DNA of 63,069 bases, filler included. It is 11 parts of 11 records of this genome, joined end to end, with 100 filler letters (N's around TTAATTAATTAA, not from the genome) between each part and the next. Parts side by side here need not be neighbours in the genome. Positions count along the whole stretch, not along the records: positions 23,270 to 27,550 come from SRR15195285_1390; positions 27,651 to 30,802 come from SRR15195285_1391; positions 30,903 to 35,062 come from SRR15195285_1392; positions 35,163 to 44,300 come from SRR15195285_1397; 7 more parts are not named here. The stretch is one strand, 5' to 3'. The notes beneath the pieces are model-generated. The model was not told where the DNA came from. It searched no databases and saw only the letters and a program-made list of their open reading frames with translations. Below, in pieces: positions 25,023 to 35,429 of this stretch. Position 1 is the stretch's first letter. Every line of letters begins with the position of its first letter. Made by a program: the position numbers and the translations under genes.

Positions 25023-27309
25023 CTACTTCGAAAACGGGCCCCAATAGCCTCTGTGCTCGCCCATTGCCGCCGCACATGCTGCTGGCTGCGGCGGTCCGGG
25101 TATTCGCATCAACGCACCCGCTCTATACTCCTCCACCTTTTGGCGCATCAAGCGCATCACCTCGACAATATTGGGTGGAGGCGAGCCACGTGCCAAATCC
25201 TCGCGCTCTTCGGGATCTGCCCGGACGTCCCACAGGCAGCCCGTCGCATCGCCACAGTCCAGGGCATATGCATCAGGTGTCCAGTCCGCCACGTTGCCAC
25301 CCGAAGGAAACGATAGCGTAGCATTCATGCTCCTGTTCGGCGATAGTGGTCCAGAGTGTGCGTTCTGGTTGATGGTGCCAAGGAGTAGCTTGTACAACGG
25401 GCCTCTCGTACCGTCTGAGCGTGCCGGACCTTCCATGTACAGACCGGCGACAAATCGCTGCGTTTGGTCGCCAGTACCTATCGCAAGCTCGTTACGATGC
25501 GTGATCTCTGGTGCTATGGCCGTTGCCATTGGGCCATCCACAACGCCCAGCAATGCTGCAGAGAGGTCTAACCCATCCACTGGCGGTAGCGACGCCTTTG
25601 TGGCCTGATGATCTACTGCGGAGACGCCTGCAAGCGAGCACAGCGTTGTGTACCAGTCAAACAATCCAACAAGTCCTGTATACTTGGTCCCACGCTTCAC
25701 TTCAGGAATCACACCACCCGCTATGAAACTTCCCACGCGAATCCCGCCGTCAAAATTGGACATTTTCCCTGAATTCCACCGAGTCCAACAAACACACTCA
25801 GAGGTGAGCCGAGCAGGCTGCCCACCCAATGTAATTCAACTACGCTGGTCGCACCTCCCTTCAGCGGATAATTGTTCGCCTGCCCCATACAAGCATATAC
25901 ATTGTTCTCTGTCAGCTCGTTGTTTCGAAGTGTATCTCAAAAAGTATGCAATGTTTCTATAGACAATGAGAAGTCTTTCGTTCTACCCCGCTCGTGCCAT
26001 TTAGATAGCTCGGACCGCCCTGGAATCACGCATGCACACAGGCACACACCGCGGAGCAGGGGTGAGTGACGGTCAAACAGGCAAGCAGACCGACAGGCGT
26101 AGGTCAGTGTGGATGCACATTGTCCGAGCTGTAGATCATCAGTGTGGTCTCCCATAAACCCTTGGACCGGAATGCTTCGACCACTCCACCGATTGCAGCG
26201 TCGCCTTCTGCGACCATGGCCGTATACGTCTGGCGGGTGTGTTCCGGTTTGTCATCCCCTCGACGCGAGATAAAATCAAACTGGGCCAGCGTCGTCTCTT
26301 GCGCTTGCATCGGGGTATGCGCCGAGTGCGGAGCAAAGAATACGAACAGGGGCACGGAGTTCCAGTGCGTCGCTACGGTAGCACGAATATACCTTGCGAA
26401 GAGCACGTCTTCGTAGACAGCGGAACCGTTCGCGTGTGGGTTGCGGCAGCCAGTGCCAGTGGTAAAAGCCCTCCACCCGTCACACCAACGCAGCACGATT
26501 TCGGATGGCATGCGACCGTGCACCGCTCCAAAATTTGAGCGTTGACTCTGAGTGGACTGGTTGATTGGAGATCCACATGCTGTGATGTTCGCCTCCATTG
26601 CGCAACGGATGCAAGCTAGTTTTCCTGCTGGCGAGTTTGAGGCGGCGTTCCATTGTGCTGCGCAGCTCCTACCGAGCTCATCCATGCAGCCGTTGTTGGG
26701 TACAAACGTGCGATCGTGCGGGCAGCTGTTGTTCCCCTCGAATGCTGGGCCCTCTCCAGCACCTTCGACTGCTTCCCACAGGTCGACGATTGGCGTCTTC
26801 ACCGTGCTCGATGTGACGGGGCAGCTGGAGTAGGTGTTGGCCCAGTAGTCGTTGTCTGGGTTGAAGTAGGTCAGAGCTGCGTCGTAGCCTCGGCCACGGG
26901 GTGTCTGCTCCGGATGCTGCATACCCGCGTGCCATTTGCCTGCGGCGATTGTCCGATAGCCCGCGAGCTTGAGTTTGGAGGCCAGGCACGTCATCTGCAA
27001 CGGAATGCCTGTGTCATTGCCGAAGACATCGTTGTGCACGTTGACATGAATCGGGTTGCGGCCCGACTGCAGCGCGCAACGGGACGGCGAGCAGTACTTG
27101 AACGCGATAGCTCGCTCCAGCTCGACACCCTCCGCAACCAGCGCGTCCAAAGCTGGAGTCGACACCTCCGCTCGCGCAGCGTTTGCTCGCGCGTGCCAGC
27201 CCAGGTTGTTCCAGCCTGTATCGTCCGCCAGGACCAGCAGCACGTGTGGGCGGCGTGGCGTCACGGACGAGCAGGGCAGCATGAGTAAAGGTAGCAAACA
27301 GGGCAGCAT
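25023..27309 (-). CDS. Secreted arylsulfatase (S1 family, ARSB-like), intron-containing
   Basis: Signal peptide, PHVLLVLADDTGW, formylglycine motif CSPSR, GKWH, PH..H.P.Q, SSDN, GK.SNFDGGIRV, L.D...DP.E..DL, and terminal YWGPF-SK-TAG. Confidence 0.92.
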
Positions 27310-27490
27310 GACTAAACCTCTCTCTAGCTAGCTCGCTACAGCCGTATCTAACGTGCTATAGAGAAGTAGATCTACCGCCTCGGTAGGTACCGTATGCCAA
27401 CCAGCACCGCGCGCGGCCCTGATGCTGCTACAAAGTGCGCCAAACGCGTCAATCAGACTGCAGTGCCCAGGTGAGTACTATAAGGGAGTT

Positions 27491-27550
27491 TCATAGGCTC
27501 AATACTAATTAGTATTGGAGTTATAGGCTCAATACTAATTAGTATTGGTC
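27491..27550. repeat. Two tandem 30-bp AT-rich units, each with a perfect 18-bp palindrome CAATACTAATTAGTATTG, at a contig end
   Basis: Units at 27491-27520 and 27521-27550; palindromes at 27500-27517 and 27530-27547. Confidence 0.9.
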
Positions 27551-27864
27551 NNNNNNNNNNNNNNNNNNNNNNNNNNNNNNNNNNNNNNNNNNNNTTAATT
27601 AATTAANNNNNNNNNNNNNNNNNNNNNNNNNNNNNNNNNNNNNNNNNNNNCGCCGCTCTACCGACCACGTAACGGCCCGGTGGCGCGGCGCTTCCACAAA
27701 GCGCGGTGCCAAAATCTTTGAATTTCCGGCAACGTGCTGCTTTGCAAAGACCGCCAAATCACGTTTTCCAGCCAGTATCGCTGTGTATCGCAGCGAGGCG
27801 GCACGCAGACGCACGCGCGCCAGCAGAGGCGCGCCGCCCCGGCACGCGCGCACGCACGCGCGGG

Positions 27865-28806
27865 ATGGCGGAGAAGAAGGGGGCAGAGGGGGGGACCCTG
27901 AAGGTGCTCTACCTGCACGGCTACTCGGAGCAGGTCAGCGGCAAGGAGATCTCGCCGAAGCCCGGCTCGCTCATCGCGCGCGAGGACCTGGACGTGCACG
28001 CGCCCGAGCTGCTGGTCTGGGTGACGCAGTGGAACTCGCCGCTGTGGCAGGTGCTGGCGACGCCGTACTTCCACTTCGCTGTCTTCTGCGCGATCTGCGC
28101 GGGGGAAGTCGTCGTGAAGCATGGGCACTTCACGCCCGAGACTGGCCTGCGGCTCTCGCTGACAAGGCTGCCGCCGGTGCAGTGGGTGTCCAACGCCACC
28201 GGCATCGACGTGCCGCTGTGCTTCGACGACATGTGGGTGCCGCCCGTGTTCTGGCTGGGGCTGCTGGTGATTGTAGTCGTCGTCATCATATTCCGGACGG
28301 AGATCATGACCATGGCCGTCGACCGGTCCGTCAACACGACCTACGGCATCGCCAAGAATGCGGTGGCGCGGCACAAGCCAGACGTGGTCGTCGGGTTCGA
28401 CTGGGGCGCAGGCCTGGTCTTCAACCTGCTACGAGAAGGGGTATGGGATGGCCCCACGATCATGGTCTCGCCAACGCAAGACGTGATGTGGTATAAGCAG
28501 ACCAAGGCGAAACCAACCATGTGGCACCTGGAACTCAAGCGACCTAAGCAGGTCCTGGTGGTCCACGCCACCGATGACCCGATCAGCGACTTCAAGGAAG
28601 CCAAGGCGACGTACGAGGCGAACAACTTCACGCTCGAGGCGATCACGTCGCGTAGGCACGACATGCAGATTCTGGCCAAGGACGGCCGGCTGGCGAACAT
28701 GGTGCATGCAGTGCACCAGATTGCCGAAAACCTCAAGAAGGACGATCAGGATGACGAGCCACACACGGACGAGGAAGGGGAGGAGGAACAAGGTACAAGT
28801 ACGTAA
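27865..28806 (+). CDS. Alpha/beta hydrolase with inserted transmembrane segments
   Basis: LKVLYLHG, nucleophile elbow PDVVVGFDWG, acid VHATDD, His RHDM. Two hydrophobic stretches lie between the HG motif and the elbow. Confidence 0.8.
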   Translation: MAEKKGAEGGTLKVLYLHGYSEQVSGKEISPKPGSLIAREDLDVHAPELLVWVTQWNSPLWQVLATPYFHFAVFCAICAGEVVVKHGHFTPETGLRLSLTRLPPVQWVSNATGIDVPLCFDDMWVPPVFWLGLLVIVVVVIIFRTEIMTMAVDRSVNTTYGIAKNAVARHKPDVVVGFDWGAGLVFNLLREGVWDGPTIMVSPTQDVMWYKQTKAKPTMWHLELKRPKQVLVVHATDDPISDFKEAKATYEANNFTLEAITSRRHDMQILAKDGRLANMVHAVHQIAENLKKDDQDDEPHTDEEGEEEQGTST

Positions 28807-28839
28807 TGCCGCTTGTACGTTCTCAGACTTCCATTTAGG

Positions 28840-30708
28840 TCACAGCTCCACTCGGTAGTGGGCGTTGCCAAGCCTCTCGTTGGCCTGCTTCACCCATCGC
28901 TTCATCTCTTGGACTTCAATCCTCCGCGCCTCCACCGCATCCGCAGGATCCGCAGGGTTCGAGAACATCAGGTCTAGATGATGAGCGCCGTGCGGCAAGA
29001 TGACAGCAAGTAGAGTGTCCGATATGTTGCTGAGAATACCACCGCCGTGCCATGGATCGTAGAGACCGTTCGAGAAAACAATGTTCGAAGCTCCGGAGAT
29101 ACGCTTGCCTCCCAATCCAAACCGTGCCCAATCGTACCGTGGCTCAAAACCCCAATTTTCGCGGCAGCTCTCGGTGCGAGCAGTCTTATTGAATGGCTCA
29201 CACGGCCAGTGGAAGTCAGCTGGCAACCCATCGGCTGGAAACAGCGGGTCTGAATCCAGGCAACCGTAGGTGAAAGGCTGACTCATCTCTGTGCACCACT
29301 GGAGGCCCCAATCGCCGTCGCATTTGCCGTCTGCCGCCAATTGCCGTTCTCCACGCAGGCCTCGCTTACGGCCTTCTCGTCGTTCCCACTTCCGAACCAT
29401 CTGGTGGCTGTCTGTCATTTTCTTCCCTGGTACGCGCACACGCTCACCGAAGACTTGTCCAATGGTCTCGCCAGGCTTGAGGGTTGAGCGCATCTCCGCC
29501 TCGTCGCTGTTGTAGAAGCACGAGGCGTCGCCTGTGTTGTTCAGCTGCACAGCAAGCGCCTTGCGCACTGCTTCGAAGAGGTCCTTGCCTGAGAGCTGCC
29601 CAGTGGGCTTGTCGAGGGGTTCACATGCTTCCCGCATCGGCCACGCTGGGAGGAACGAGTCACCGTGCATGAGATACGTAGATGGGTATGGGTAATTACC
29701 CATCGCCATATTCGCAAACGGACCTTGGGCCCAAGAGATAAGGGACATCACATCCTCTTCTGTTTCCAGGGCGTAGCACGTCTTGAAGGCGCTGGAGAGG
29801 AGCGCGCGGCCCTCTTTGGTGCGCCCAGTGCTCTGCATCGCTGGGTAGGCGGAGTGCAGGTTCTTTTTACAATTATCACTGGCGCCCGCACCCGACGAGA
29901 GGTCGTGTGTCACTCCCTCAGAAAACGCCTGTGGATTGTAAGGGGGATCGAGTCCCGTGAAGGACCATATCGGTGCTGAGGCCGCGATGACGCCGTCGAC
30001 AGCATTTGGGTACTTGATGCGAAACCACGCGCCGATCATTCCGCCGTACGAGCCTCCAAATCCAATGACTGCTGATTTCGAGTAGCGCTCCTCCGTGGTT
30101 CTTAGGTGGTCGATCAGCTGCGCAAAGTCTGCCATCGCCTGTTCGGTGGTGAGCCAGTTCAGACATTTCTCCGTGCCATCTGGGAATGGTTTGCTCTCGC
30201 CATAGAATCGGTGCTCTGCAAAGATCAGGGCAGCGCCGAACTCCTCGGCATTCTCCCACATCAAGCCGGTGTGGTTCACGTACAGGTCTACGAAGTCCTC
30301 ATTTCCGAAATAAAAGAAGATCGGCCCTCCTGGTTTGTGGTACTTGTCATAGCTGAAGTACCGCTGCTGGAATGTGTACTGTGGCGGGTTGAACGCCGGC
30401 GAGCCCCAGTTGAAGTGGTCTACGAAACGCACAGTGCAACTCCGAGAGTCATCGAAGCTCACTAGTTAAGCGCACGCTACAGCGCTCCAGCTCAGCTACC
30501 AAGTAGTGACGGGAGCCGGGGAGCGCAGCACACGCGAGCTCAGCCGCCTCTGGGGCGGACGCGCGACGGCTTGAGGCGCACCGATCGTTTGGTTGTACCA
30601 CATCACTGTGCAGTTGGCCGTTGACGGGCACCAAGGATCGTCGGGACAGTGGGCACGGCCGGAATCGAGGAGCAGCGCCAGCATGGCAGCGAGCTGGAGA
30701 AGCAACAT
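28840..30708 (-). CDS. Lysosomal Pro-X carboxypeptidase / DPP7 family (peptidase S28)
   Basis: Signal peptide, YNQTI|DHF across a GTGCG..TAG intron, GPIFFYFGNE, AEHRFYGES, GGSYGG, FSNGLYDPW and GAHHLDL. It ends in -RVEL. Confidence 0.93.
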
Positions 30709-31006
30709 CGATCGCCAGGCGCACGATGAGAGCGAGCGCCGCCGGCTCGACCGGCCACTCCCCCCCCTTCCCCCCACCTACGCTACCGGCGGGCTCGCAC
30801 CCNNNNNNNNNNNNNNNNNNNNNNNNNNNNNNNNNNNNNNNNNNNNTTAATTAATTAANNNNNNNNNNNNNNNNNNNNNNNNNNNNNNNNNNNNNNNNNN
30901 NNTGAACCCTACAATGTCAATGTCAATGTCAAGAGCATCCATATAAACAGCGGTGCGCACAACGTTCGAGTGTGTATCTCGTGCACCATTCAGCATTTAT
31001 CAGACG

Positions 31007-34000
31007 TCAGCCAGCATCGTCGGTCTTTGATCCTCTTGACGTGCGCTTTTGCTCCTTGGTCGGCCAACTGAAGACCCACGCATAGCTACGCACCTTTGTC
31101 ACCCCAACGTCATGCCCCAGGACCCCACCGGTGTCGACACACTTGCCACCGTAAGTTCCTGGAGGCGTCGTGTGCGAGCCATAGGCACCGTTGCGCCACC
31201 CTGTCCAGTGAGAGCAATACATGCAGTTTTCTCACTCAACGATGGTAGCATGTTTAAATGGACTGTCGAGATTGAGCCGAACAAGCACATCAGCACGCTT
31301 ACCGTATACCATGCCATCGTTGCCACCCATCACTTGTTCATCAAAAAATCTGTACGTGGATATGCGCTCGACACCCCCCGCTGGGAACTGGCGCATGGCA
31401 GCGGCACTTGTATCGGAAGAGAAGTGCAGGGCACCAGTATTTGGGCTTTGCCATAGCTTGCCCTGGCTCGGACACACATGCCCCCCACCTGAGCCTGGAT
31501 AGCATTGGCGATTGAGTGCCGATAGGTTCCTAGTCAACAGACCAAATGCATAAGAGGTGTCGAGTCCTCCTTCGAGTCCGGTGCCGACAATCATGCCTGG
31601 GAGCTGCTCCTGATGATTGCGAAGCAGATGCCAACACCCCTCCACATAGTTGTTTACTCCGCCCTTGTATGTTGAACAATTTGCGTCAGTACAACGTGCC
31701 CATGGCGGCGATGCCTCTAGCGACATCATGACCGCGAACAGTAAGGCAGCGTTTCCGGCGGATATGTTGACCAGAGGTACAAACTCTCGCGATGCGAAAG
31801 ATTCGCCGTCAATTTTGTGCAGCTGCAACCGCGCCTCGAGCGGCAAGGTGAAGCCACTACGCAGGGTCAACCTCTTGTTTTGCTCGTGCCCTTGAACAAT
31901 AACCGTACCCGCTACACAGCCTTTTGGTGGGTATCCGTTGGTTGGAGGGACTGCCAACGCACACAGCGTCTCGTTCAGACATTTCACGGCTTGAGTTACT
32001 CTGATGGCGTGCTGAAAAATGACGGGATGATGATGCCAGTCGGCAGACACCAGGCCACTTTTGCCCATTTTACTTCCCGCAGACCACAGACCATCGTTTC
32101 CGACACGCGCTGTTCCGTCGACCCATTTCCCATCCTCCATCACCGCTCCAAAAGCGTTACCTGTTGCCATCTCTGGATCAAACACAACGGATGGAGACAA
32201 TTCTCCGTCAACGTAATAACGCACCTCAATCTGGAGTCCGGCCACTGCGAGCTCGAGCGCCGACGGGCCGACGTGCCACATATGATCCATCACACCGAGA
32301 AGATTCGCTGAATTTAAGGTATGGTTGAGAACAAGCACCTCGTTTGCTGGCCTGCCACCACGCACGCCGGAACACGACACTCTGCTCTCACAATACGGGG
32401 TTTTCTGACTGCATGCATCGGTGCCTCCACCAAAGGTGAAGATACCAGGCAGCTCGTGGTCGTAAACGTCGTCGTCGCTCTTCAGACGGTTGCTGTTCTC
32501 GCTCCCCCACCACCCGTGATTCGTGTACCTCTGGTAAAACGACTCGTCAAGCCACAACGTAGAAAGCCCAAACAGCAGCGATGATAAATCCACCATTGTG
32601 ATCTCCACAGGCGTTGATAATGCATCATCGTTGTTGTTGTTGTTCCAACCGCTATCCAGCATGGACCTCCGCCAGAGCACATGGTGTGGGGTACCAGGGA
32701 CTGAGAAGACCGCATCTCCATCCTCCAGCAGCTCAAGCAATTGCCGTGTTATCAACTTCGGCGCCACTGGCAGGTATCCCGCAGTAATATACGGCGAATA
32801 GATTCGACACTGCGACATCCCTGTAGCTAGGGTTCCCTCTTGTCCGATACGGTCGGCAATGTAGCGGGAACCACCAGAGCACCAGGCCGGTGACGGCCCC
32901 GCACCCAGGCCGTATCGTCCACGGCCGCCGGCGTTGGCAGTATTGTTGTAATAAGCCCAGTCAGCAAGCCAGCTCTGCCTGAAGAGCCTGACGTAAGTTG
33001 GGTCCGTGTTGACAGGAGCGATGGTGTAATATGGAAATTGAAGTACATAGCCTGACCAGAGTGACAGCAACGGGTGGCCGTCGTAGCTGTGGTTCGGGGT
33101 GGTCCGGCGGCCTTGCCATGCTTTCCACATTGTTTCTATCGCCTTGTTCTTGCACTCCTCATGGACACTGCTGCCACCATCGCTGGCACTGCCCCCACAG
33201 GCTTGCACATACGCATACCAAACTGAATACGTCTCCTCAGTGTACTCGTAGAATCCATCTGGTTGCGGAAACTGCGTTGCGCTGCAGCTGGATGCGTTGA
33301 CACCCTGTAGCATGGGAACCCCCGTCCCCGTCGGGTCAACCACCCCAGCTCGGTTGCACAGTAGTGAGTCGAACCGGGTCGATCGCCAGAGCTCGTCAGC
33401 CAGTGTGACGATAGTGTTGGTGCTGCTAGAGCCGGGGTCAGTGTGGTTGAAATATGACTTTGCGAAGAGCACCCCGCCCATCATGAAACCAGTGTCCATG
33501 GGCGTGTACGTACGAGCGCCAGGCCTGCCTAGATATGCGCCAGTGCTTTGGTTGAAGAAGACCGAGAAGAATCCGTGCGGGTTGCGGGCCATGGTGTAAC
33601 CAGGCAGCTTTCCGTTCAGCCCTCGCAGCGTGTGGATCACCTTGGCTTGGGCTGCTGTCCTGCTTGTCCAGCCCATTTCTACAGCCACACACTCGAAGAT
33701 GAGCTGCAACCCTGTCCCACCGATCCAACAGGGGCAGTCGGGCTGCGCCACGGCGCCAAGTTGCACGTGGTCTCTGATGCATCCGGTTTGCGTGTTCCTT
33801 GCCAGTTGCCAAATATGGTACGCACCCCTACCCACGTTCTTGAGTGCATCGTCCTTAGACATGCACACTGTCTTGAGGCACGGGTTGAATCCACTGCTGT
33901 CGGTGGTGTTGGATCGGATCGGCACCTCCGCTTTGGTCGGGCAGCTACTGGCAGCTGTGCCGCCGCAAAGCCGGTCGCAACGCCCTCCAAAGAATGAAGC

Positions 34001-34534
34001 ATTGATCACAACTTTGCCGTCGACGGCGTATGTCTGGCACACGTGGCTTCCGACCGGCCAAAAACCAGCGTCGCACTCGAATGCGCACGCATCTCCAAGC
34101 GCGCCAGTGCATTGCTGCGCTGACGTGGCGCGGTTTGAGTGCGGGATCACACGGCCACCAGTGCACTCCGTTAGGCAGCCCACGACCCCGCTACCCGCAC
34201 CCCGGTCGATCGGCAGATTCGCACCGCGCTTGGTGTAGCACTGCTTGTTGCTGAACTTGTAGACGGCGACAGCACAGCTAGGGTCGCTTGCACAAAGGCT
34301 GCAGCAGTGTGCTGCAGAAGACGCGTTGAGCTGAGGTCCAGCTGCATCGCTGTAGTCGCGGCCAGGCACCAGCTTGCAACCTGCTGATGCCGTACGAAGG
34401 TGGTGGTGCAGTGGATGTGTATGGCCTCCAGTGATCTCTTTCGACAGGCCGCCACCTGCCCTCAGCGCAGCTGCTGATGCTACCGCAATCCCGAGCACTA
34501 CCGCCGTGGCGGCCACCGCGAGCCACAGTATCAT
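31007..34534 (-). CDS. Secreted multidomain CAZyme: PAN/Apple + CCP/sushi-like + GH144-like (alpha/alpha)6 glucanase + DUF2961 (GH172-like) domain
   Basis: Signal peptide; PAN (SAAHCCSLCASDPSC..AVY...CYTK); GH144-like motifs (IGGTGLQL..E..AVEMGW, HGFF..F, MDTGFMMGGVLFAKSYF, LADELW); DUF2961-like motifs (GVMDHMW, VRYYVDGE..PSV, YVEGC, GTGLE, STYRF, WRNG, SYAWV.SW). Intron 31201-31302 adds the last exon. Confidence 0.78.
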
Positions 34535-35036
34535 CCCGACGTCAGCGGCCCAGCAACGACATGATGGGCGAACGGCGTCGCGCCGGGTCGACGACCGCGC
34601 GAGCTATCGCGGTTGTGCGCCGATGGCTGAGGGACGGAGATAGCAGATCTAGTGCCGATCGCGCGAGTCCGGCGCCGCCGTACGCGACCGCGCGCCGGCG
34701 TAGCGACTATACCGTATAGCCCAGGCACCCATAGGGAATAGAATGAGATCCAGCGTCCACGATCAGAGCCGCCAGTGTGTAGGTCGTTTTCCGCTAAGCG
34801 GCGGATATGGGCGCGTGCTGCTCCGTCTGGCGGGGCGCAGGCCGGATGGCCCCGGGGGCAGCGCGTCGCCGCGCCAACGGACGGCGTGGAGGCGTGCCGT
34901 CGGGGCGCATCCGCGATGGGGGGGCGGCTCTCCCGTGACTGTGTGGGGTGGTGTGGCTGGTGATGGGACAGCGGCCGCAGCTCGATCTGTGCCAAATCAC
35001 TCGGCCTATCCACCAAGGCAATTTAAAAGTAATGAC

Positions 35037-35062
35037 AAAGGGCATAAGGCCTTATGCCCTTT
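35037..35062. repeat. Perfect 26-bp palindrome AAAGGGCATAAGGCCTTATGCCCTTT at a contig end
   Basis: Read directly; self-complementary over its full length. Confidence 0.9.
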
Positions 35063-35429
35063 NNNNNNNNNNNNNNNNNNNNNNNNNNNNNNNNNNNNNN
35101 NNNNNNTTAATTAATTAANNNNNNNNNNNNNNNNNNNNNNNNNNNNNNNNNNNNNNNNNNNNTACCGATGGCCCGTCCAGAAGCAAACCCTCTGATTGCA
35201 TTTGTAATCAGAGTCTCCCCTTGGCTCGGGGAGCCGGTAAATTTCGTCGGGATCCATCCCTTCACAGGCCGGGTTCGCTCACTGGTACACCAAGAACCCA
35301 TTGAGAAACACCGTTCGCTCCGTTGACCGCCTCGAGTTGCGTCATTTTATCGAAGATCATTACTGAATTCCCTATGGTTCTGACTCCGTCTACGGCGGAG
35401 TGAATTCTGAGCAGCCAGAGATCCCTACT

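Noticed and set aside
27491-27550. CRISPR-like palindromic direct repeats
   Set aside because: The units are directly adjacent with no unique spacers, there are only two copies, there are no cas genes, and the context is eukaryotic.
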